Assembly: GCA_041658075.1 (NCBI GenBank)
Contig: JBBAAW010000003.1
Coordinates: forward strand, 1 to 61,708
DNA from: Patescibacteria group bacterium
Lineage (GTDB): Bacteria > Patescibacteriota > WWE3 > UBA101185 > UBA10185
Direction: 5' to 3'
DNA length: 61,708 bases
Part shown: positions 36,849-45,150 of the stretch, piece by piece
Position numbering within the stretch: position 1 is the stretch's first letter
How the letters are laid out: the number at the start of each line of letters is the position of its first letter
The notes under the pieces: generated by a model
What the model was told of the DNA's origin: nothing
The model's input: only the letters and a program-made list of their open reading frames with translations
Databases searched by the model: none
Program-made: the position numbers and the translations under genes

Positions 36849-37814
36849 ATGAAGAAGTTTCTTAAACTATTATTGTTTGCCGTATTTATTTTCTCGGTTG
36901 TTTGGTATCTAGTCCCGATTTTAGAGCCTTATTTGTATTATTCCTACTGCGACAAACCTGTAGCCTATAAAATCGGTCAGGTTGATCCGGCCTTTAATGT
37001 AGCTCATAAAAAACTTGCACAAGAATTACAGGCTGCTAGTTCTCTATGGAATTTAGCTTACAGCAAGCCTTTAATAGTTTTCGATCCCCAAAGTTCCCTA
37101 AGTGTCAACCTAATTTATGACGAAAGGCAAAGAAACCTCACCAAACTTTATCAGGCAAAGGAAAAGGTAAAAAAAGAGTTAACTGTAGTTGAGGCAGGTT
37201 TGAGAAAGTACGAAACAGACGCAGCAAGTTTGAATACTAAGGTAAATCAATTAAACAAAGAAATCTCAGATTGGAACAATGAGCGCCGGGATAATAAAGG
37301 CAGCGCGTCGGAAAAAGAATATAAAAGACTTACACAAGAGATAGAGAAGGTTAATTCCGAGATTGCCCAGCTCGCAAAACAAAGGCAGGAAGCGAATAAA
37401 AAGGTGTCGTACTATAATGATTTAATTAACCAGTATAACTTGCAGGTGGCCCAGTATGCTGATATTTTGAAGAACTTGCCAGAAGAGGGGCTTTACGATC
37501 CGCTTGGAGATAAGATTGATATATATTTTTACGACTCTGCGGAGCAGTTTTTACACACTGCCGCACACGAATTTGGTCATGCTATAGGTTTTGGTCATGC
37601 TCAAGACGAGAATTCGATAATGTATCCCATCTCGAATGCCTCAAATCAACTTTCGGAAGAAGATTTGGACCTGATGAACGATTATTGTCAGCGCAGAAGC
37701 GTGATAGAAGAATTAATCGAGCGGGGCCGTGTTATAATCACCAGATTAAATATAATTCATAACGTCATTGCGAGTCCCGCCTTGGCGGGACGAAGCAATC
37801 CCGAGGGCCGTTAG
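36849..37814 (+). CDS. membrane-anchored matrixin-like zinc metalloprotease
   Basis: HEFGHAIGFGH (HExxHxxGxxH) plus a Met-turn SIMYP. N-terminal TM helix and a coiled-coil middle. The last 10 nt overlap tRNA-Ala, so the C-terminus is uncertain. Confidence 0.75.
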   Translation: MKKFLKLLLFAVFIFSVVWYLVPILEPYLYYSYCDKPVAYKIGQVDPAFNVAHKKLAQELQAASSLWNLAYSKPLIVFDPQSSLSVNLIYDERQRNLTKLYQAKEKVKKELTVVEAGLRKYETDAASLNTKVNQLNKEISDWNNERRDNKGSASEKEYKRLTQEIEKVNSEIAQLAKQRQEANKKVSYYNDLINQYNLQVAQYADILKNLPEEGLYDPLGDKIDIYFYDSAEQFLHTAAHEFGHAIGFGHAQDENSIMYPISNASNQLSEEDLDLMNDYCQRRSVIEELIERGRVIITRLNIIHNVIASPALAGRSNPEGR

Positions 37815-37880
37815 CTTAGTTGGTAGAGCGCTTCCATGGCATGGAAGAGGTCAGCGGTTCGAATCCGCTACGGTCCACCA
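37805..37880 (+). tRNA. tRNA-Ala(GGC)
   Basis: 76-nt cloverleaf. Anticodon loop ATGGCAT, G3:U70 pair, encoded CCA. Confidence 0.9.
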
Positions 37881-37951
37881 ATTACGAAAATCTGCATTTA
37901 TAACTATCGCAATAAGTTCCATTCCTAGCCTATATAACTTATACTTAATTT

Positions 37952-38512
37952 ATGTTGGGGCAATCAGTGCAAATTAAAAAGGGGAAAGAGCTTTCAAATA
38001 TTGAGCTTACCTTAATTAATAATGCAAGAGTTGCACATTTTAACTCTAAAAATACTATCCGGCCCTCTCCTGAAAATGAAGATTGGGAGAAGCTCTATTT
38101 TTTGAAGTATACCGAATCCGGAGAATTAGGAGTTTTTGCAAGATATCACAATGTTTTAATCGAGTTTAACGGGAAAAATTATGAGGTTTTAGGTTCAGCA
38201 ACCCTAATCGCTCTTATCCCCGGAAAAGGTTACGGTGCTGAGGTGAAAAAAGAGATGATTAGATACACAATGGAACAAGGGAAAACTTCTATTGGTTTCT
38301 GTAATCCAAAATTGAGTAAATACTACAAATCTCTAGGTTGTGGAATTATTATAGATGGAGCTAGAAGATTCTATCAACGGGAACAGGATGGTAACCTCAA
38401 GCAGTTCTTAATTGGAAATGATGTTCTTTATATTGAAGGTAAAGATCAGTTAATCCAGGAGATACTTAAAAGCCCCGATTTACCTGTTATTTGTGGTAGA
38501 TATCACTGGTAA
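37952..38512 (+). CDS. possible GNAT-family acetyltransferase
   Basis: 186 aa. The GKGYGAEVKKEMIRY string resembles the acetyl-CoA binding motif A. Otherwise unassigned. Confidence 0.4.
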   Translation: MLGQSVQIKKGKELSNIELTLINNARVAHFNSKNTIRPSPENEDWEKLYFLKYTESGELGVFARYHNVLIEFNGKNYEVLGSATLIALIPGKGYGAEVKKEMIRYTMEQGKTSIGFCNPKLSKYYKSLGCGIIIDGARRFYQREQDGNLKQFLIGNDVLYIEGKDQLIQEILKSPDLPVICGRYHW

Positions 38513-38597
38513 AACCAAAGATTAGTTCCAACATAGTCCCAGATGGTCCACGCCAAGCGGCGAGGTTTTTAGTGCTGATCTATCTTAAGGTCAGATC

Positions 38598-40838
38598 TTA
38601 CGGATTGACGGTTTGGTTCTCCGCAGGTTCAACATTTCCGGGTTTTGTTAATGGTTCCTGAACAACCGGGGTTTTTGGTTCGGTAGTAGCCCCAGCCTTT
38701 TCAATAGATTCTACGCTTGGTTTAGCTTGCGTGTTAGCTCCGGCAACTTGTGCAATTAATTTATCAATTTCCACCAAATCAGCGGCCACTCTTTTATAGT
38801 CTGGACCGTCTTTTTCCACCAAACTTTGAGCTGCCTCGAACTCTGTTTTAGCGTCATTATAAGCTTTAAGCTTAAACAGGGAATAAGCTAAATTGTATCG
38901 CGCGTTAGCGTAGTCGCTTTTGAGATTAACCGCTTGCTTAAACAAATTACCTGCGGATAGATAATCTTCCTTGGCAAAGTAAATTCCACCTAGCTCCACC
39001 CGCAAAACAGGATTGGTTGGATCCAATTGAATGGCGGTGTTGTAAGATTGTATAGCAAATTGATCCGCGTCTTTTGCAATAGGTATAAGGAATTGGTAGA
39101 TCTGACCTCGTGCCACCCAGTTTGCCGAGTCAAGCGGATTTAAGTTCTCGGAGGCAAATTTAATATTTCTTAACGCCTGCGCTAACAAATTTTGTGCAGC
39201 AGTCTTTTCTTGGTCGCTTAAGTCCTGCTTTTGAGCCAAAGCCTGTGCCAAAGCTAAGTTCGTATTGGCGTAAATTCTGTGGTACTCACTTCTTTGTGCG
39301 TTTATAGATATGGCTTTAACCTGATAGTCGTAGGATTTAGAAGCATCCTGCTTAGACGCAGAAGTTATCGCCTTTCTCATATAATACTCAGGCGCATATT
39401 GTAGATAGGACTGGTATATGCCAAAACCTGCCAATGCTACAATAGGAAGAGCTATAACGTACTGCAATACTTCCTTTTTGGCTAAGACTGGGCTTTCTAT
39501 AATGCTTGCACCCTCCGTGTCGGTTCTTGACTCCAAAGAAAGAGTCCACAATTTAGCCCATGATTTATTAGTATTTGTTGCTGACTCTGCGGTCAAGAGT
39601 CCCATTAAAGTGAAAGTCAAAAAGGCTAATTGAAAGCTTGTGTAACCCAAGAACAGGGCAGCTAGCGACGATACAAGCCCAGCGGAAATTATCACGGAAA
39701 GTCCTTTGTACGCGTCGTTAACTTTAATGGACCTCATTACTAGTCGAATAAGAGTTCCGACTAAAGCAATGTATGCTAAAAGTCCAAAAATACCTAAGCT
39801 GGAGATTATGTTAAAGAATTCGTTGTGCGGTTTGTCAAAATTAACATTCCATGTTGGCATGTAGTTTTGACTAAGGGTTTTGTATCTGGGGTAATTTAAG
39901 TTAAAGGTGCTAACACCCGATCCAAAAATAGGGAAGTCGCGCAAAGTAGTGGACGACACGATCCACGATTCTTTAACAGATGGCAAGATTTCCCTTGGGT
40001 AATCTCTTTGCATAACAGACTTTGTTTGCGGGACCATAAAAAATAACGCCATAAAGGCTACTAATGCTCCAATGGCAGGGAAAAGGTACATTTTACTTTT
40101 GTTTATGTTTTCACTGGGCGACTTTAAAATGGCAAGTCCGGTTAATAGCACCGCCACTACTAAAAAAGCGATATTACCGAAGATCGCTAAGGCTACAAAA
40201 TCCAATATAAAGATAGCCAAAGTCAAACCTTTTTTAACCGACGATTTAAGATTTACCATTAACGAGACACTAACTACCAAGCCTACCAGCAAAGATGTGG
40301 CAAGGCTTGTGGTCGACCCGGAAAGAAGAAAGCCCTTTTGATTGAATAGATTCAAAAAGGGGATGGTGAGCCCAAAATAATTTATTACGGAAAATAGCGC
40401 CGGAATGGCTGTTCCTGCTGAAACGCTCCAAAGGAGCACTCTTATTTTTCTAGCCGAGTCTACATTTGTTGAGATTGCGTAGTAATAAAAGTACAAGGCA
40501 ACGAAACCTAATAGGCTTGGAAACCATCGCCCGTAGGAACCAAACAAGCTGGATGTTTTATCTAAGGACGATAAAGTGGATAGGATGAAGCTAACTAAAA
40601 CAAGAAGTAGTGCAAAATCCACCGGCGACTTAGCAAAGTAAACTTTTTTTTCAACCACCATCTTTGCGCACCAAAGTAGCGCCATTACCGTAGTTACCAC
40701 TATAAAAAAGTAGAGTTTATTGAACTCAAAGTATTCGTAGGTGACCGGTAAAAAGAATACGGGTGTTAAAAATGACACCAAAACAATTAGCCCAAATATT
40801 AAATTGTTAATTTTGTCTAGGACAGTATTTTTGTTCAT
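38598..40838 (-). CDS. O-antigen ligase/polymerase-like (Wzy_C) membrane protein with C-terminal TPR repeats
   Basis: More than 10 TM helices and a PHNEFFNIISSLGIFGLLAY motif. The C-terminal part, about 250 aa, has TPR-like repeats. Confidence 0.7.
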   Translation of the reverse strand: MNKNTVLDKINNLIFGLIVLVSFLTPVFFLPVTYEYFEFNKLYFFIVVTTVMALLWCAKMVVEKKVYFAKSPVDFALLLVLVSFILSTLSSLDKTSSLFGSYGRWFPSLLGFVALYFYYYAISTNVDSARKIRVLLWSVSAGTAIPALFSVINYFGLTIPFLNLFNQKGFLLSGSTTSLATSLLVGLVVSVSLMVNLKSSVKKGLTLAIFILDFVALAIFGNIAFLVVAVLLTGLAILKSPSENINKSKMYLFPAIGALVAFMALFFMVPQTKSVMQRDYPREILPSVKESWIVSSTTLRDFPIFGSGVSTFNLNYPRYKTLSQNYMPTWNVNFDKPHNEFFNIISSLGIFGLLAYIALVGTLIRLVMRSIKVNDAYKGLSVIISAGLVSSLAALFLGYTSFQLAFLTFTLMGLLTAESATNTNKSWAKLWTLSLESRTDTEGASIIESPVLAKKEVLQYVIALPIVALAGFGIYQSYLQYAPEYYMRKAITSASKQDASKSYDYQVKAISINAQRSEYHRIYANTNLALAQALAQKQDLSDQEKTAAQNLLAQALRNIKFASENLNPLDSANWVARGQIYQFLIPIAKDADQFAIQSYNTAIQLDPTNPVLRVELGGIYFAKEDYLSAGNLFKQAVNLKSDYANARYNLAYSLFKLKAYNDAKTEFEAAQSLVEKDGPDYKRVAADLVEIDKLIAQVAGANTQAKPSVESIEKAGATTEPKTPVVQEPLTKPGNVEPAENQTVNP

Positions 40839-40931
40839 GTCTTTAACAATTACATACTACAAAAAGTTTGTCAAGAGGTAACTTCCCGTGACGGGAGCAA
40901 GGCATAAAAGCCGCAACAAAGGGACCCAAGA

Positions 40932-41597
40932 TTAATTGGAGATCCACCAGCTAAATTCTGCGTCGGAGGAAGTTGGGGCATCGAGCTCTAGATAAAATCC
41001 TTCAAAGGGAACTTTTTGAGAAACCCAATATCTTACGGCAGGTGAATAATTTTGACTAAAAGAGATGTTTATTTTGGAGTTTAGTTTTACGCTTTGACTT
41101 TTAATATATACTTTACTTTGATCTCTTGGAACATAGGCGGTGTCACTGTCGGTAATGTATTTCTTGTCGAGCTCCAAAGTTCTTTGTATTAAATCCGTTT
41201 TTGACTTTCCAATGGGTAAAAAGCCGAAACCCGCAAAAACCATAAGGCAAAAAAGAGAAAAGAGGGTAATTTTTATTATTTTGGGTGACGGAGTTAGGAC
41301 CCTTGCTAGCTTTATAGCGCTGGATCCCGTGTTAGTGGAAAGGCTATTTATTTTTTTGGCAATATCCTGATTACTTAAACCCAAACCTTTAAGTTTCTCG
41401 ACTTCCAAAAGGATATCCAAGGCAGAGGAAGGGTAGTGTCCAACTACATCTCCACCCTCAACCTTTCTTTGCATATGGGGCAAAAGTCCTATTTTGGTGT
41501 AGTATCTTAGGCGGTTGTAGGGGTCGCCTTTACCAAAGTCCACACCCTTTTTTACCGCCAGCTCAATAAATTTTTCTATCGATATAAAATCTCCCAT
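40932..41597 (-). CDS. membrane-tethered MerR-like HTH protein
   Basis: N-terminal LRYYTKIGLLP HTH-like segment, a central TM helix (ITLFSLFCLMVFAGFGFLPI), and an extracytoplasmic domain of about 95 aa. Confidence 0.5.
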   Translation of the reverse strand: MGDFISIEKFIELAVKKGVDFGKGDPYNRLRYYTKIGLLPHMQRKVEGGDVVGHYPSSALDILLEVEKLKGLGLSNQDIAKKINSLSTNTGSSAIKLARVLTPSPKIIKITLFSLFCLMVFAGFGFLPIGKSKTDLIQRTLELDKKYITDSDTAYVPRDQSKVYIKSQSVKLNSKINISFSQNYSPAVRYWVSQKVPFEGFYLELDAPTSSDAEFSWWISN

Positions 41598-41682
41598 AGT
41601 TTTACGCCTCTATTATACTAAATTCTATTCAAACTAGAGAATACCACCTTTACAAAGTCCCTCAAGAGAATACATTTGGAAC

Positions 41683-42684
41683 ATGCATGACGACGGTAAA
41701 GAATTTGGCGGTAGGGAAGTGGGGACTATAAGTCGTGCGTCTTTAGAGTACCCGCCATTGTTAAATGAGGTGCCGGACGCACCGGACCCCCTGCATTTTT
41801 TGGGTGATTATAAGGAGTCACTCTTTAAAAACACTTTAGGTGTGGTAGGGAGTCGCGCGGTTACGATGTATGGAGAGTGGGTGGTTAAAAACATTGTTAA
41901 AGAAGTGGCACGCTACGGTGTAACAATAGTGTCTGGATTTATGTATGGGGTGGACGCCCTAGCGCATAAGGCAGCTTTAGAAGTGGAAGGGTCAACCATT
42001 GCGGTCATGGCCGGGGGCGTTGACCAGATTCTTCCTAAATATCAGGAGCAACTTTACCTGGACATTGTAGAAAGGGGCTTGGTGGTTTCCGAGTTTTACA
42101 AAAATCCCGAGTTTGGGGGATGGATGTTTGCCAAGAGAAACCGCATTGTGGCGGGGCTTTCTTACGCCGTTTTGGTGGTGGAGGCGGCGGAGGAGAGTGG
42201 TTCTCTAATTACTGCCAGTTATGCTAAGCAGTATGGCCGACAATTATTGTCAGTGCCTGCCAATCTAAATTCCAAAAACGCTGTTGGTACCACGCAACTG
42301 CTTAAAGATGGGGCAAAAATGGTTACCTGTGCGAACGACATCCTGCAGTTATATTTTGGTACTCCGAATAACCCTTTTGGCGACTCTAATAATTACCGCT
42401 ACGATGTATCTAGTGCGGTAAATAAGCGGTTATCGTTAGATAAAAACGACGACAGTAATGACGAAGATAGCTGTCATAACGATAACCCCAGTCATGACGA
42501 GAGTCCTCGTTACGATACCAACAGTCCGCAAAATATTTTAGACCTGCTTTATTTAGAACCCCTAAGCGCGGATGAGGTTTCGTCCAAACTGCATATATCG
42601 TCGGCGAATGTCCTAAAATGTCTTACTGGCTTAAGTGTAATAGGGCAGGTTTGTGAGAAAGACGGGAGATACTATGCTGGTTAA
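41683..42684 (+). CDS. dprA: DNA processing protein DprA
   Basis: GVVGSRAVTMYG and SGFMYGVDALAHKAAL Rossmann motifs. Low-complexity acidic insert before the C-terminal winged-helix-like end. Confidence 0.85.
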   Translation: MHDDGKEFGGREVGTISRASLEYPPLLNEVPDAPDPLHFLGDYKESLFKNTLGVVGSRAVTMYGEWVVKNIVKEVARYGVTIVSGFMYGVDALAHKAALEVEGSTIAVMAGGVDQILPKYQEQLYLDIVERGLVVSEFYKNPEFGGWMFAKRNRIVAGLSYAVLVVEAAEESGSLITASYAKQYGRQLLSVPANLNSKNAVGTTQLLKDGAKMVTCANDILQLYFGTPNNPFGDSNNYRYDVSSAVNKRLSLDKNDDSNDEDSCHNDNPSHDESPRYDTNSPQNILDLLYLEPLSADEVSSKLHISSANVLKCLTGLSVIGQVCEKDGRYYAG

Positions 42685-44197
42685 GGTTAAGTCGGCGTAT
42701 TTTTTTGGGATTGAGGCTTTTGATGTTGATGTGGAGGTAAATTTTCTAGATCGTAGCATGCCCGGATTTGAAATTGTGGGCTTGGCGGGCAGGGAAGTGG
42801 CGGAAAGTAGAGAAAGGGTAAAAAACGCCATTATTAATGCGTTTAACGAGTTCCCGCATGGAAAAAAGATTGTTATAAACTTGGCGCCTGCTGATGTACC
42901 AAAAGAGGGATCCTACTATGATTTACCTATTGCGGCATCGATTGTTAGCTACATGAAGGATTTTAAATTCCCAGTGGATAGCGCCTTTTTTGGAGAAGTT
43001 TCCATGGATGGGAATGTGCGAAAAACTAGGGGAGTATTTTTGTTTACCACCTTTGCTAAAGAAAACGGATTAAATAATGTGTTCATTCCGAGTTCTTGTT
43101 ACGACGAAGTAAGGAATATTAAAGATGTAAATATTTACCCGATAAATAATTTATGTGACTTGGTAAATTATCGTGACATTCGTCGTAATGATAATTATAT
43201 TCGTCACGATGAAAACGGCGTTTGTGGCAACGGCAATGATGTGGACTTTAGTGACGTAATAGGGCAGGATGTGGCAAAGCGCGCTTTAGAAATTTCCGCC
43301 TGTGGCGGACATAATATTTTAATGACAGGCAGTCCTGGGAGCGGAAAATCTATGTTAGCCAAAGCGCTTTGCCACATCCTGCCAAATCTTCTGCCAGAAG
43401 AGGAAATAGAGGTCGCTAAGGTGTATTCCGCCTGTGGGCTTTTTGATCAGAATATTTTTACCAAAAAGTTGCGACCATACAGAAGTCCGCATCACACTAT
43501 AAGTTACTCAGGTATGGTGGGTGGGGGACTTATTCCTCGTCCAGGCGAGATAAGCCTTGCTCATAAAGGCGTGTTGTTTTTAGATGAATTTTCCGAATTT
43601 CAGTCGCCTATAATTGAATGTTTGCGTCAACCTATGGAAAATGGCTCTATAACAATCTCCCGTAGCAGAGGAAGCATTAAATTACCGTGCGACTTTACGC
43701 TGGTTGCGTGTTCTAACCCATGTCCGTGTGGTTTTTTGGGCGACAGGAAAGTTATTTGTACCTGTAAACCCCCGCAAATAGATAGATATAGAAAAAAACT
43801 TTCAGGTCCAATCTTGGATCGAATTGATCTTTTTGTGCGGGTTTGGAGCCCAAGTTTAGAGCAAATTACCGGGTCGCGTGTGTTTTTAAAGTCGCAAGAA
43901 AAAATGTCGCCCAAAATAAAAGAGAAAGTAGAAGCTGTGCGACGCGTTCAGGAGCAAAGGTTTAAGGGCGATGGTATAACTTTAAACGCCAGAATGAGTA
44001 ATAGTTTGGTTAAAAAATATTGCGCATTAAATGTATCTTGTGAGGATCTTTTAGACAAAGCAATACAAAGATTTAACTTATCGCCCAGAAGTGTTTACAA
44101 AATTATCAAGGTGGCTAGAACTATTGCCGACATGGAGGTTGTACCCGCAATAACCGTTGCGCATCTAGCCGAATCTATACAATATAAAAACATATGA
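42674..44197 (+). CDS. comM: YifB/ComM Mg-chelatase-family ATPase
   Basis: Lon-like N-terminal domain, Walker A GSPGSGKSMLA, and Walker B VLFLDEFSEF. The track start is 42653; ATG 42674 is preferred. Confidence 0.85.
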   Translation: MLVKVKSAYFFGIEAFDVDVEVNFLDRSMPGFEIVGLAGREVAESRERVKNAIINAFNEFPHGKKIVINLAPADVPKEGSYYDLPIAASIVSYMKDFKFPVDSAFFGEVSMDGNVRKTRGVFLFTTFAKENGLNNVFIPSSCYDEVRNIKDVNIYPINNLCDLVNYRDIRRNDNYIRHDENGVCGNGNDVDFSDVIGQDVAKRALEISACGGHNILMTGSPGSGKSMLAKALCHILPNLLPEEEIEVAKVYSACGLFDQNIFTKKLRPYRSPHHTISYSGMVGGGLIPRPGEISLAHKGVLFLDEFSEFQSPIIECLRQPMENGSITISRSRGSIKLPCDFTLVACSNPCPCGFLGDRKVICTCKPPQIDRYRKKLSGPILDRIDLFVRVWSPSLEQITGSRVFLKSQEKMSPKIKEKVEAVRRVQEQRFKGDGITLNARMSNSLVKKYCALNVSCEDLLDKAIQRFNLSPRSVYKIIKVARTIADMEVVPAITVAHLAESIQYKNI

Positions 44198-44268
44198 CCT
44201 AATATTTTATTTAATACAAATAAATACGAATGAATGTCCAAATATTACCCATAATCAATTAATGGGTA

Positions 44269-44296
44269 TTGACATTTATGTTATAAGCAGTATTAT
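44269..44296 (+). promoter_or_regulatory. promoter TTGACA-16-TATTAT
   Basis: -35 at 44269-44274 and -10 at 44291-44296. The predicted TSS is at about 44303-44304, which is an in-frame ATG. Confidence 0.55.
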
Positions 44297-44303
44297 GCTT
44301 GGT

Positions 44304-44606
44304 ATGATGAATTTTGTAAAAATTTCCAAAGCAATGTCCGACAAGAACAGGCTTAAAATCTTGGAGATGCTCTCCGAGAGCGAGCAAAAAGTTGGAGTTG
44401 TGTCCGAAAAGCTTGGAGTAGAGGAGAATCTTGCCTCTCACCATCTTAGAGTCCTTTCTGGACTTGGCTTTTTAAAGAGCGATAAGAGGGGGAGGGAAGT
44501 GTACTACAGGCTTAATACACCAAAGATAGTATCTTTGCTGGTGGACCTCCAAAAGAACAAAGCCTTTAAGGCGATCTTGCAAGAGGCTGTTGCTGAGGCA
44601 AAATAA
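44304..44606 (+). CDS. ArsR/SmtB-family transcriptional regulator
   Basis: RLKILEML...ASHHLRVLSGLGFLKSDKRGREVYYRL winged-helix signature. The track start at 44262 lies upstream of the promoter. Confidence 0.8.
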   Translation: MMNFVKISKAMSDKNRLKILEMLSESEQKVGVVSEKLGVEENLASHHLRVLSGLGFLKSDKRGREVYYRLNTPKIVSLLVDLQKNKAFKAILQEAVAEAK

Positions 44607-44676
44607 CTCTGCGCTAACGCGTAGTAAAGCTAGCCGGTTCAGATGTGTCTTTTGACATTTCTGTTCGACGCCTAAA

Positions 44677-44699
44677 TCCCGCCGTAGGGCGGGGTTTTT
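44677..44699 (+). terminator. intrinsic terminator
   Basis: TCCCGCC, loop GTAG, GGCGGGG, followed by TTTTT. Confidence 0.8.
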
Positions 44700-44755
44700 G
44701 TTACCCAGGAGCAAGTTTCATCGACCGAAGCTGTTGAAAAAATCAAACGACTTAG

Positions 44756-45142
44756 TTAATCATCAACTTTATCCGTGGGGATGCTGGGGGAATGAATTGC
44801 AAAAAACTTCGTTGGTGCTAGGAACTCACCTGAAATTACATTGTTGACGTCTACAAAAAGAAAATCCCCGCTGTTTAAAACGATTTTGGTGTCGTTGACC
44901 CTGTACTCTGCCTGCCCCTCGAGGAATATCAGTAATTCAACCTTTTTTTCGTGGTGATGGGCCGGTTGAACGTCGCCCTTTCTGTGTTCTGTGTAAAACA
45001 TCTCTATCTGACCGGTCTTACGGGCATCTCCTTCGGGGAAAAAGGACCCAACAAACCAGCCTTTGGTTGTTTCTGCGTCTGCATACTTGCCGCTATAGTA
45101 TTTCCCGTTGCCTACCTTCTTTGTGCTCATAATTGTAAACAC
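44756..45142 (-). CDS. cupin-domain protein
   Basis: 128 aa. HHHEKKVELLIFLEGQAEYRV is a cupin-like His-containing motif. Confidence 0.55.
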   Translation of the reverse strand: MFTIMSTKKVGNGKYYSGKYADAETTKGWFVGSFFPEGDARKTGQIEMFYTEHRKGDVQPAHHHEKKVELLIFLEGQAEYRVNDTKIVLNSGDFLFVDVNNVISGEFLAPTKFFAIHSPSIPTDKVDD

Positions 45143-45150
45143 CTTTCTTG

